Shown in pieces: positions 36,981 through 46,332 of a stretch of DNA of 64,000 bases (positions within the stretch are counted from its first letter, which is position 1; the number at the start of each line of letters is the position of its first letter). The translations under genes were made by a program, and so were the position numbers. Under the pieces are notes generated by a model, which saw only the letters and a program-made list of their open reading frames with translations, had not been told where the DNA came from and ran no database searches. The DNA comes from an uncultured Spirochaetota bacterium (GTDB lineage: Bacteria > Spirochaetota > UBA4802 > UBA5550): contig CAWHAA010000008.1 of the NCBI GenBank assembly GCA_963827275.1, positions 448,001-512,000 on the forward strand, read 5' to 3'.

Positions 36981-37045
36981 TGACATGTCCCGGAAATTTT
37001 AGTATTAATGTAGTACCATTATTCATCTTTAACAAGGAGGGAGCC

Positions 37046-37606
37046 ATGACGCCAACCGCTATTTTAAAAGAAGAACACACACTGATCGTGGCAATGCTCC
37101 AGGTGATTGATGCTGTCTGCGCGAAGATGGAATCGGGCGAGCAGGCCAACACCGAACACCTCGCCGGGATAATCGATTTTATCAGGAATTTCGCGGACAG
37201 ATGCCACCACGCGAAAGAGGAGAAGCTCCTCTTCCCCGCGCTGGAGGCGGCGGGTATTTCCCGAGAAAACGGCCCAATCGGCGTGATGCTGGCGGAGCAC
37301 ATCGCCGGCAGGAATTTCGTCAAGGGGATGGACCGCTCACTGGAAGAGATGAAACGCGGCAACGACGCGGCATCCGAGCAGTTTGTGGCTGACGCGCGGG
37401 AATATGTCCATCTCCTTGATGGTCACATCATGAAGGAGAACAACGTGCTCTTCGCGATGGCGGACGAGCGCCTGTCGGCGTCCCGGCAGCAGGACCTTGC
37501 TGAAGGTTTCGACCGTGTTGAGCGCGAAGAGATCGGCGCGGGAGTGCATGAAAAGTACCATGAGCTCCTTCACCGTCTCCGGGACCTGTATGCGCCGAAT
37601 ATATAG
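37046..37606 (+). CDS. Hemerythrin/HHE cation-binding protein
   Basis: EEH, CHHAKEEKLLFP, MLAEH, HIMKENNVLF; AAGGAGG RBS. Confidence 0.9.
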   Translation: MTPTAILKEEHTLIVAMLQVIDAVCAKMESGEQANTEHLAGIIDFIRNFADRCHHAKEEKLLFPALEAAGISRENGPIGVMLAEHIAGRNFVKGMDRSLEEMKRGNDAASEQFVADAREYVHLLDGHIMKENNVLFAMADERLSASRQQDLAEGFDRVEREEIGAGVHEKYHELLHRLRDLYAPNI

Positions 37607-37618
37607 AGGAGGATGAAC

Positions 37619-37804
37619 ATGAAAGCAACAGTTGACAAAGATGTCTGCACCGGGTGCGAGCTCTGCGTCCAGACCTGCCCCGAGGTGTTCAGCATGGACG
37701 GCGACTACGCCGTGGCGATTGACGGACCTGTTCCAAAAAAATATGAGAGTGAGGCGCAGCAGGCGGCCGACGAGTGCCCGGTGGAGGCGATTTCCATTTC
37801 ATGA
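37619..37804 (+). CDS. Single-cluster [4Fe-4S] ferredoxin
   Basis: CTGCELCVQTCP...CPVEAI. Confidence 0.92.
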   Translation: MKATVDKDVCTGCELCVQTCPEVFSMDGDYAVAIDGPVPKKYESEAQQAADECPVEAISIS

Positions 37805-37891
37805 GTAAAGCCGGGGGCCACGGGGCACAAAAAACCATGATGCTGTTGCGGTATCATGGAATAAAATGGAGAGGTCGATGGTCTGCGCCGC

Positions 37892-38335
37892 TTATCTGAC
37901 AACCATTGCTTCACAGGTTGACCGGTCGACCAGGTCTCTCGTCAAATGGTGGGTGTCTTTCAGCCAGCGCCGGTGATGCCGGTGCGGGGCGGCAACAACC
38001 AGGTCGATGGCGTTCTCATGCTCGAACGCCAGGATTTCGTCTACGACTGCGCCGAAGCGGATTTCCTTCACGATCTGGACGACGGAATCCGGAGCCGTTC
38101 GCGCGATCATCCCGTCCATTTTTAGCTCCGCATTTTCGCGGAGGGTTTTTTGCTCCGCCGCAATCTCCTGCTCGCCCAGGCAATAGTCCGCATAGCACTG
38201 TTGTACCGGCGTGATCACATGAAGCAGGTAAATTGTAGAGCGGAACTGTTCTCCGATGCCGACCGCTTCACGCAGGGCCGCATCGGATTCACCGGTGAAA
38301 TCGGTGGCAACCAGGATGCGTTTTGGCCTGAACAT
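37892..38335 (-). CDS. Universal stress protein (UspA family)
   Basis: KRILVATDF, IYLLHV, IDLVV; AAGGAGG RBS before ATG 38335. Confidence 0.88.
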   Translation of the reverse strand: MFRPKRILVATDFTGESDAALREAVGIGEQFRSTIYLLHVITPVQQCYADYCLGEQEIAAEQKTLRENAELKMDGMIARTAPDSVVQIVKEIRFGAVVDEILAFEHENAIDLVVAAPHRHHRRWLKDTHHLTRDLVDRSTCEAMVVR

Positions 38336-38506
38336 GGGGCGCCTCCTTATTGTATGATTGGCACTAGTTGCACCATTAATGTAGCGGCGACCGGGGAGCG
38401 AGTCAAGCCGGGTAATTGATTTAAAAATGAAAAAATGTATTGTCTTGACAGGCCGGCAGGGGAAGGGGGAAGATACCGTGCCAATTAATTCAAGGGGAGG
38501 TATGAT

Positions 38507-39700
38507 ATGCCTTTTAAGATCAAAAACAACATAACCTGGGTCGGAAAAGTCGACTGGGAGCTGCGAAAATTTCATGGTGATGAATATTCGACCCACCGGG
38601 GCTCTTCATACAACTCCTACCTGATACGAGAGGAGAAGGTGGCGCTCATTGATACCGTGTGGGCCCCTTACGCGAAAGAATTCGTCGCGAACCTTGAAAA
38701 GGTCATCGACCTGAAAAAGATCGATTACGTCATAGCAAACCATGGCGAGGTTGATCACAGCGGGGCCCTGCCTGAGCTCATGCGCCGCATCCCCGACGTG
38801 CCGATCTACTGCACCGCGAACGGGGTGAAGTCCCTGAAAGGCCAGTACCACCAGGACTGGAACTTCAAGACGGTAAAGACCGGGGACCGGCTGAGCCTGG
38901 GACCAAAGGAGCTCGTCTTCGTCGAGGCCCCCATGCTTCACTGGCCCGATACCATGATGTCCTACCTCAGCGGGGACGGCGTCCTCTTCAGCAACGACGC
39001 CTTCGGCCAGCACTATGCGACCAGCGGCATGTTCAACGACGCGGTGGACCAGGACGAGCTTTTCGCGGAGTGCCTGAAATACTACGCGAATATCCTGACC
39101 CCGTTCAGCCCGCTGGTGACAAAAAAGATAAACGAGGTGCTCTCCCTGAAGCTGCCGCTGGACATGATCTGCACCAGCCATGGCGTGATCTGGCGCTCCA
39201 ATCCCGTCCAGATCGTGGAGAAGTACCTGAAATGGGCGGACGCCTACCGGGAAAACCAGGTCACCCTCGTGTACGACACCATGTGGAACGGGACCAGGGC
39301 GATGGCGGAAGCGATCGCGGAAGGCATCCGCGGGGCTGACCCGGACACCGCTGTCAAGCTGTTCAACGCCTCCAAGACCGACAAGAACGACATCATCACC
39401 GAAGTGTTCAGGTCGAAGGCCATCGGCGTGGGCTCGCCCACGATCAACCAGGGGATACTCCACTCCGTGGCCGGGCTTCTGGAGGAGATGCGGGGCCTCA
39501 AGTTTAAAAACAAGAAGGCCTTCGCGTTCGGCGCCTACGGCTGGAGCGGCGAATCGGTGCGGATGATCAACGACGGGCTGAAGACGGCCGGGTTTGCGCT
39601 GATCGGGGAAGGCCTGAAGACCCTCTGGTACCCTGACGGCGGCGCGCTAAAGGCCTGTGCCGAGTTCGGGAAAGCAATGGCGGAGGGGATGCGGTCGTAA
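38507..39700 (+). CDS. fprA: Flavodiiron protein (O2/NO reductase)
   Basis: [37 protein letters not shown]. Confidence 0.93.
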   Translation: MPFKIKNNITWVGKVDWELRKFHGDEYSTHRGSSYNSYLIREEKVALIDTVWAPYAKEFVANLEKVIDLKKIDYVIANHGEVDHSGALPELMRRIPDVPIYCTANGVKSLKGQYHQDWNFKTVKTGDRLSLGPKELVFVEAPMLHWPDTMMSYLSGDGVLFSNDAFGQHYATSGMFNDAVDQDELFAECLKYYANILTPFSPLVTKKINEVLSLKLPLDMICTSHGVIWRSNPVQIVEKYLKWADAYRENQVTLVYDTMWNGTRAMAEAIAEGIRGADPDTAVKLFNASKTDKNDIITEVFRSKAIGVGSPTINQGILHSVAGLLEEMRGLKFKNKKAFAFGAYGWSGESVRMINDGLKTAGFALIGEGLKTLWYPDGGALKACAEFGKAMAEGMRS

Positions 39701-39724
39701 CGGGCCCTGTCGCAGCCGCGGCGG

Positions 39725-41575
39725 TCACGTGGTGAATTCGAATACCATTTCATTATCGTCCGATTGAATCACCGAACCGGACCGGGCATGGTTGAAAATA
39801 TTGACCATATTCCTGTTCCCCGGCAGCACGACCGCCCGGACCCGCCTGATCCTGTTTTTCCTGGCGGTCTTCAGGATATACCCGACCAGGAACCTCCCGA
39901 TCCCCCGGCCCTGGAACTCCTCGTCCACCAGGAAGGCCATCTCGTAGCAGTCATTGGCCGCGTCATACGCGTACCTGCATTCCGCTATGATCCGCTCGGT
40001 CCCCCGCTGGTTGATGATTGCCACCAGCGAGAGGGAAGACTCGTAGTCGACGGATACATAGACCTGCATTTTTTTATGCGGCATCGCGCTGATGCGGCTG
40101 AAAAAGCGCAGGTAGCGGGACTGGTCGGAGAAGTTGTAGAAAAACCGGCGCATCATGTCCTCGTCGGACGGTTTTATCGCGCGTATCCTGACGGCAAGGT
40201 CCTTGCCGAATTGTTGTATCGTCTCGAGGTCATACGGGTAATTGGCGCTGTTCTTTACATTGTAGATCTGGTCGGGGTAGAGAATGCCGGCCGCCTTCGC
40301 GCCCTTCAGCAGCTCGCCCCGGTGCCGGGGGTGGGCAATGTCGATGAGCGCGAGCGCCCGCTCCCGTATCGACTTGCCTATCAGGTTGGCGACGCCGTAC
40401 TCGGTCACGACGTACTGCGCCGTGCCCAGCATGGACCGTATCCATTTTTTCGGGTCGGTATGCCGTATAACGATGTTGCTCTTCCCGCGGCGGTCCGTTG
40501 ATCGCAGAACGACGATCGATTTCCCGTTCCTCGAGCGCGCGGCCCCGAAGGAAAAATCAAGCTTGCCGTCGAACCCGGACAGGATGTTTTCCGATAGCGG
40601 CGGGACCACGGTGTCGGCGGTGATGTCGATTTTTTCAACGAACGTGATGGCGATCAGGCTTTTCAGCGCGCCGATCTGGGCCTGGTACCGAGATTGGATC
40701 AGGGGAAGGAACGTGAAGAGCGGATTGTTGTCGACATAGCGGTAGAGCTTCCTGGTGCCGAAGCAGGAGCTGGTGACGATCGGGCCCTGGCCGTCGCCGC
40801 CCTGGCGCGGCGCGATCGCGCCCGCTTTGATGAGATCGATCACCCAGTCCGAGATGACATACGAGAATATCTTCAGGTTTTTTTTGTCCGCACAGTGCAC
40901 CGCGATCGCGTCGTATATGCTGCCGTACTGCATCGACACCATGCACCCGTCTTCTATGAGGGTCGCCGTGTTCCAGCCGATGTCCGACAGCGTCCTGTCA
41001 TATGACGGCCGTTTCCGTGAAACAAGGGGGCGCCTGCTCTCCATGATATAATCGACCTGGTCGAGGGATATCGTTGTCTCGCCGAGGGTATGGGGCACGT
41101 TCGGGTTTATCTCCGCCACCACAAGGGGCGCGGTTTTGAGGATGCAGTCAGCGACATCGGTGACGATCCCGAGGTTGAGCCTTCCCTTGCTGTCGCTCGG
41201 GGAGGTCTGGATTATCGCGATGTCGATACCGAGCGAGTTGGTGGTGAACAGGTAGGGTATCTGCATGATGTTGGTCGGGATGAAGTCGATGTTTCCCTTC
41301 TGGAGCTCTTTCCCGATATTTTCACCGACAATGAACGTCTTCAGGCGGATGTCGGATTTCATGGCCCTGGCGCCCGGCAGGTAATCGTCCAGTATCACCA
41401 GCTGTATGATCTCGATGTCGGTCAGGTTGGGATGCTCGGTCGCGAAGAGCCGCGTGAGGGTGGTTATCGGCGTTGCCGGGCCGGTTGTTATGAATATCCT
41501 GGACCCTGGTTTTATCGTGTCAACCAGCTTGCTGAAGGATATTTTTTCGCCTTTTTTCCTGTTAATGTTCGTCAT
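39725..41575 (-). CDS. Degenerate acetyl-CoA hydrolase/transferase domain fused to GNAT acetyltransferase
   Basis: VAEINPNVP, YVVTEYGVANLIGKSIRERALALIDIAHP; SRYLRFF, EMAFLVDEEFQGRGIG. Confidence 0.85.
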   Translation of the reverse strand: MTNINRKKGEKISFSKLVDTIKPGSRIFITTGPATPITTLTRLFATEHPNLTDIEIIQLVILDDYLPGARAMKSDIRLKTFIVGENIGKELQKGNIDFIPTNIMQIPYLFTTNSLGIDIAIIQTSPSDSKGRLNLGIVTDVADCILKTAPLVVAEINPNVPHTLGETTISLDQVDYIMESRRPLVSRKRPSYDRTLSDIGWNTATLIEDGCMVSMQYGSIYDAIAVHCADKKNLKIFSYVISDWVIDLIKAGAIAPRQGGDGQGPIVTSSCFGTRKLYRYVDNNPLFTFLPLIQSRYQAQIGALKSLIAITFVEKIDITADTVVPPLSENILSGFDGKLDFSFGAARSRNGKSIVVLRSTDRRGKSNIVIRHTDPKKWIRSMLGTAQYVVTEYGVANLIGKSIRERALALIDIAHPRHRGELLKGAKAAGILYPDQIYNVKNSANYPYDLETIQQFGKDLAVRIRAIKPSDEDMMRRFFYNFSDQSRYLRFFSRISAMPHKKMQVYVSVDYESSLSLVAIINQRGTERIIAECRYAYDAANDCYEMAFLVDEEFQGRGIGRFLVGYILKTARKNRIRRVRAVVLPGNRNMVNIFNHARSGSVIQSDDNEMVFEFTT

Positions 41576-41698
41576 CGCAATGATGCGGCGCGGGCAACCG
41601 CTCTCTATGTCCGCCTTGCCGCTCCCCCCCAGGGTTATGCTGTAATTACTATATGATGCGACGGGACTTTGTCAATTAGTTTATGGCGCGGCGCCGCA

Positions 41699-42619
41699 TC
41701 AATCGCAGATCACCAGAACACCCCTGTCAGAGAGCTGCCGTATGGTGCCCGTGTCATGTATGGGGTTCCCGAGGAGGTTGACATACTGCAGGGCCTCCAG
41801 CTCCTTTAACACCGAGATATCCTCTATTTCATTGAAGGAGAGGTCCAGCTCCCGGAGGGCGGCCAGGGGGGCGAGACAGCTGATGTTCCGGATGCTGTTC
41901 CCTGACAGGAAGAGCGCCTCAAGGCGGGTCAGCGAGGCCAGGGGCTCGATCTTTCTCAGGTCGTTCCCGGACAGGTTGAGCGTGTGGATGTTTATGCAAT
42001 GCTCGATGCCCTTGAGGTCAACGATGTCATAATCCGACAGGTCGAGCTCGCCCTCCAGTTCATGAAGATCGTCCATGGTGATCGCCGCATCAAGGTTTCC
42101 GAAAAACAGCCGGTTGACGGCTTCGATAAATCCGTAGTCGCCCGCTTCACCGAATTCATCACGGTCTTCATGTTCATCCCCTGCGGGGATGTCCTCGTCA
42201 TAGGCGGCGCGCTCGTCATAACCGAAATCTTCGCCGGTATAGGAGTAGGTCTCGTCAGCCGCGGGGGCGCCCGTGAAGGTTATTCGCCGCGACGGTATTT
42301 CAAAAATGAATGTATTTCGAATGCGGATCAGCTCTTCCGCTTTTTTCTCGCGGTACTGCAGCTCGAGGTCTTTTGTTATCGCGGTAAGCTTGTCGGGGTG
42401 ATAGCACTGGATGACATGGGCGAAGAGCCTGCCGGTGCTGAGCCCGGCATGGTCAAGGCCCAGGAGGTCTGCGTAATAGGAGAGGCCGTCGCGGTCGTCC
42501 GCCCGGTACCTCGCTATCACGTCGACGCTGATCTCCTTTAAACGGGCAGGGGTGATCTGCTTTTTCAACTCGCGGTATATGCTGTCGATGTGGTCAGTCA
42601 TCTCCGCATCCATCGTCAT
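41699..42619 (-). CDS. Leucine-rich repeat protein with N-terminal HPD motif
   Basis: LDLSDYDI, LNLSGNDL, LFLSGNSI, LDLSFNEI, VNLLGNPI; YHPDK; start uncertain. Confidence 0.82.
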   Translation of the reverse strand: MTMDAEMTDHIDSIYRELKKQITPARLKEISVDVIARYRADDRDGLSYYADLLGLDHAGLSTGRLFAHVIQCYHPDKLTAITKDLELQYREKKAEELIRIRNTFIFEIPSRRITFTGAPAADETYSYTGEDFGYDERAAYDEDIPAGDEHEDRDEFGEAGDYGFIEAVNRLFFGNLDAAITMDDLHELEGELDLSDYDIVDLKGIEHCINIHTLNLSGNDLRKIEPLASLTRLEALFLSGNSIRNISCLAPLAALRELDLSFNEIEDISVLKELEALQYVNLLGNPIHDTGTIRQLSDRGVLVICD

Positions 42620-43274
42620 GGCACTCTGAGCACGAGCAGGTGAGCGATCCGCTCCGAGCCTTTTCTATCGATTCCCTCCCTTCGCGTAAGGCGAACCAGG
42701 CGATCCCCAGCCCCCCGATGATATCGACATACCCGACATGCAGCGCCTCGTAGAGCACGCTTGACGCCAGCAGGATGAATGACAGGTAGAAGCAGGTCCT
42801 GGTGCAATTGGCGTCCGCGATGATCGGCTCGGAGCCGAGGGCCCTGCCGACTTTCATCTTGTAAGAATAGAGGATCCACATGGTCGCGATGGACACCGCC
42901 GATATCACGATCCCCGCGACGGTGGTATCAGGGGTGACCCGGTAGATGATGTTGAGGACCGATCCGATGACCAGACCGCCCGCGAGCAGGAAGAAGCTGG
43001 TCCCGGTGACGTAGAGCGCCTGGCGCTCGAACCGGTCCCGCCCGCTGACCGGGCTGTGCCGCATGCGCCACACCATGTGGCCGATGCCCAGACCTGAGAT
43101 CACTTCCACAAAGCTGTCCACCCCGAACCCGAACAGGGCGATTGTCTCGTCCGCGTAGCCGAAGATGGTGGAAAAGAGCCCCTCGCCGATATTGTAGACC
43201 ACGGTGATGACGCTCAGGATGAAGGCGGCTTTTAACAGTTTTGCCGTTTGATGAGTTGATTCACTGTTCTTCAT
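42594..43274 (-). CDS. Cation efflux (CDF/TMEM163-like) membrane protein
   Basis: YNIGEG, ALFGFGVDSFVEVISG, IADA, Cys/His-rich tail; start moved to ATG 43274. Confidence 0.8.
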   Translation of the reverse strand: MKNSESTHQTAKLLKAAFILSVITVVYNIGEGLFSTIFGYADETIALFGFGVDSFVEVISGLGIGHMVWRMRHSPVSGRDRFERQALYVTGTSFFLLAGGLVIGSVLNIIYRVTPDTTVAGIVISAVSIATMWILYSYKMKVGRALGSEPIIADANCTRTCFYLSFILLASSVLYEALHVGYVDIIGGLGIAWFALREGRESIEKARSGSLTCSCSECHDDGCGDD

Positions 43275-43396
43275 GGTGCTATAGGGAAAAGTTATAAGCC
43301 GGAAGGCAAGTGATTTATCATGCTTTAATACGGAAAGCCCGTTGGGGGCTGCCGGGGGGTGTGTAAGGGAATGGCAGGACGTGTCTCCTGTAAAGT

Positions 43397-43539
43397 ACCG
43401 ATAACTATCGGTCGGGTGGCTGCTCTGACCCCCGGGAGCACCGATAACTATCGGCCGGGTGGCTGCTCTGACCCCCGGGAGCACCGATAACTATCGGCCG
43501 GGTGGTTGCTCTGACCCACGGGAAATACCGATAACTATC
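43397..43539. repeat. Tandem 43-bp repeat, three full units plus a partial, each with a palindrome
   Basis: Unit ACCGATAACTATCGG(T/C)CGGGTGGCTGCTCTGACCCCCGGGAGC at 43397, 43440, 43483 (44-bp variant), partial at 43527. Confidence 0.95.
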
Positions 43540-43643
43540 AGTTTTCCTGTTATTTTTAAGCACTGGCAGCTATTTATTAGAGTATTTTATCAAATTTTCA
43601 ATATATCAGCAAATGTAAAAAACCGTCTCGTCGGATTTTTTTA

Positions 43644-43672
43644 TTGACGTAATTATGATAAATAAATATAAA
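43644..43672 (+). promoter_or_regulatory. Candidate sigma70 promoter
   Basis: TTGACG-N17-TATAAA. Confidence 0.55.
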
Positions 43673-43736
43673 GAATTAAATATACATTACCCTTGTTGAG
43701 GATTGCCATAATTTCAAATGGGGGAAGGAGATAGCC

Positions 43737-46280
43737 ATGCAATACCGAGTTAAGTTTTTTTGTTTATCTGTGGTATTATTTTTATTTACCCTCTCCTCCG
43801 CTCTTACGGCGGGCGGCATGATGGATGCGTCGGTAAAAAGCGAAGTTGAGGATGAACTGAAAAAAGCCGGGATCATGGGATGCATCGTCGATTTAAATGT
43901 CCGCATCGATGTCCCGACTTCAGAAAATCCCTATCTCGAGTTATCGAAATACGCGGAGGATGAAGTCGCCGCGTCGCTCTGGGCCCTGGTAATACGGCCC
44001 AAGCGGACCCTCACCGAAGGCCCCCAGCCGACGATCCTCATGGCCACGGCGTACAGCCGCATGTTTTTAAATATTCTGGTCATACCGCTTGTGTCCTACG
44101 GGTACAACGTAGTCGTCGTTGACATGCGCGGGACCGGGACCTCCGAAGGCCACTGGAACACCATGGGCCTGATCGAGTCCTATGACGTGAAATACATCAT
44201 TGACCGGTGGATTCCGTCCAAATCGTGGTCTGACGGCACTGTGGGGATGGTTGGCCCGTCCTACATGGGTATACTCCAGATGCTGGTGGCCGGCATTGTC
44301 GACTGCGATTCAAAGGGCGTACCCATCCACTTCAAGGCAAGCATCGCCCAGGTCCCCTACAGCGATGTCTACGCCGACATCTGCATGCACGGCGGCAACT
44401 TTGACCTCGAATTCATCACCTTCTGGATCCTCCTCACCGAGGGGATCAATATCATGCCGGGCCTCACCTTCCTCGGCGAATACGCTCAGCTCCCCTACAA
44501 CGCGGTGACCGCCACCCAGGAGGACATCAAGGAGGCGACCGCGGAATTCCAGGCGTCGGTGAATAACGCCCTGGAACCCTTCTATGATCTTGTGTTCCTG
44601 GCAAACAATGACATGCGCAACGAGGACCTGCTCCAGAAATCTCCTATCATCTACTGGCCCGACAAGCCGGCCGGCGGATGGAATGTCGGCGTCAGGAATG
44701 AAGGGGAGAGGGTCTATCCCGCCAAACTGCCGACGATCATCACCGGCGGATGGTTCGATATCTTCACCCGCGGCTGCCTCAACCAGTACACCTACGGCCT
44801 GAAGAACCACGCTGTCGGCGACAAGGCCCTCATCGTGGGCGACTGGTACCATATCGACGCATCGATGGCCATGGGCCTGAACAGCTTTATGAACGGCTCC
44901 TTTTACGCCCGCTGGTTCGACTGGAAGATGCGGGGCAAGGACGACTGCTTCCTGACCCAATACCCGGTCATGATCAAGGTCATGGGCGTGGACCGCTGGC
45001 GCGGCGAGAAGACCTGGCCGCTCCCGGCGAGCAGGGTCGAAAAGAAGAGTCTCCACCTGTCAAAGAAGAAGGCGGACCCGATTCCCGGAGATGAATTCAC
45101 CAATAAAAGCACCAACCAGATCTTGTCTCTTGAATGGGACAGGGGCGACTGCGACCTGAACTCGGAAAACCCGATCATGAAGCATACCGCGATGCTCGGG
45201 GATTTCCACGGCGAGGGCTCGCGCTCATTCACCCGGTGGCTGATGGGGATCCCCGCGCTGGTGAGCCAGGTTTCGAAATTTTTCCTGAGCACCAACATTG
45301 ACAGCACCATGGAGTTTGAAAACGATAGCGATGACGACTGGAGGATCCCGACCTTTACGACGGCCCCCCTCGATACGGACGTCGAGATAGTTGGCCCGGT
45401 ATCCCTCAGGTTCTGGGCGCGCACCGATTTCAAGGCCCGCATCTACTCCGATGCCCTGATCGAGGACTACCTCGTGCAGATGCTGGCCACGCTGTTCAAT
45501 GTGAGCGTTGAGGGAACCGTCATCGGGCGCACCGTGTACGACAAGGAAGTGCAGTTCGTGGTCGAGCTGGACGACGTGTTCGCCGACGGCAGGGCCCGCA
45601 ACATCACCTCCGGCTGGCTCAGGTCTTCGCACCGCCAGCGCAACGACAGCGAGTCCTGGTTCGCCACCGAGCACGCCATCGACCCGAATTACAAGCCCTT
45701 CGACCCTCTCTATTTGACACCCGATGAGAGCCCGAAGCTGATCAACGAGGGCGAGCTCTATGAATACGTGGTCGAGCTGTGGCCGACCTGCAACGTGTTC
45801 AAGAAGGGGCACCGCATCCGCGTGACCATGACCGGCTCCGACTGGCCGCACCTGATGCCGATATTCGTCCCGTCGTGGAACGAGATCGTCATCGACTCGT
45901 CCCACCAGGCGCACCTCGATTTCACCACGACCAACACCAATGGCGAGGGCACAACCTGGAAGTGGCTCTCCGAAACGAGCAACAACAACTTCGCGTTTGA
46001 CAAGTATCTCACGACCCACAAGGATACACCGGTCGCGGCGGCACCCCCCACCGATACGACAGAAAGCGAAACTGACGATCCCGATGACGATTCGGGCGTT
46101 CTTCCGCTTCTCCTGAGCGGCCTCTCGTCGGGCGGCGGCTGCGGTTCAGCGGCGAACGCGTCGGCGTATCAGAATGGTCAACAGCCGGTGCTGCCGGGAG
46201 TTCTCGGTACCCTGGGGATGATGCTTATGCCCCTTGCCCTGATGGCGCTGCATCGAACGGTGAGACGAAGAAGAAAATAA
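43737..46280 (+). CDS. Secreted CocE/NonD (S15) serine hydrolase with C-terminal membrane sorting signal
   Basis: Signal peptide, DMRGTGTSEG, GPSYMG, GWFD, GDWYH, FKKGHRIRV; GGGCG...hydrophobic...RRRRK. Confidence 0.87.
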   Translation: MQYRVKFFCLSVVLFLFTLSSALTAGGMMDASVKSEVEDELKKAGIMGCIVDLNVRIDVPTSENPYLELSKYAEDEVAASLWALVIRPKRTLTEGPQPTILMATAYSRMFLNILVIPLVSYGYNVVVVDMRGTGTSEGHWNTMGLIESYDVKYIIDRWIPSKSWSDGTVGMVGPSYMGILQMLVAGIVDCDSKGVPIHFKASIAQVPYSDVYADICMHGGNFDLEFITFWILLTEGINIMPGLTFLGEYAQLPYNAVTATQEDIKEATAEFQASVNNALEPFYDLVFLANNDMRNEDLLQKSPIIYWPDKPAGGWNVGVRNEGERVYPAKLPTIITGGWFDIFTRGCLNQYTYGLKNHAVGDKALIVGDWYHIDASMAMGLNSFMNGSFYARWFDWKMRGKDDCFLTQYPVMIKVMGVDRWRGEKTWPLPASRVEKKSLHLSKKKADPIPGDEFTNKSTNQILSLEWDRGDCDLNSENPIMKHTAMLGDFHGEGSRSFTRWLMGIPALVSQVSKFFLSTNIDSTMEFENDSDDDWRIPTFTTAPLDTDVEIVGPVSLRFWARTDFKARIYSDALIEDYLVQMLATLFNVSVEGTVIGRTVYDKEVQFVVELDDVFADGRARNITSGWLRSSHRQRNDSESWFATEHAIDPNYKPFDPLYLTPDESPKLINEGELYEYVVELWPTCNVFKKGHRIRVTMTGSDWPHLMPIFVPSWNEIVIDSSHQAHLDFTTTNTNGEGTTWKWLSETSNNNFAFDKYLTTHKDTPVAAAPPTDTTESETDDPDDDSGVLPLLLSGLSSGGGCGSAANASAYQNGQQPVLPGVLGTLGMMLMPLALMALHRTVRRRRK

Positions 46281-46295
46281 AGAGCAGGAAAAGCG

Positions 46296-46330
46296 ATCGG
46301 GCCTTCCATCCAGGAAGGCCCGATTTTTTT
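46296..46330 (+). terminator. Rho-independent terminator, possibly bidirectional
   Basis: ATCGGGCCTTCC-ATCCA-GGAAGGCCCGAT then a T run, between convergent genes. Confidence 0.85.
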
Positions 46331-46332
46331 AT

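Noticed and set aside
38359..38372. Sigma54 promoter TGGCACTAGTTGCA
   Set aside because: GG to GC spacing is 8, not 10
43397..43539. CRISPR array
   Set aside because: Units are contiguous and nearly identical with no unique spacers; no cas genes in the window
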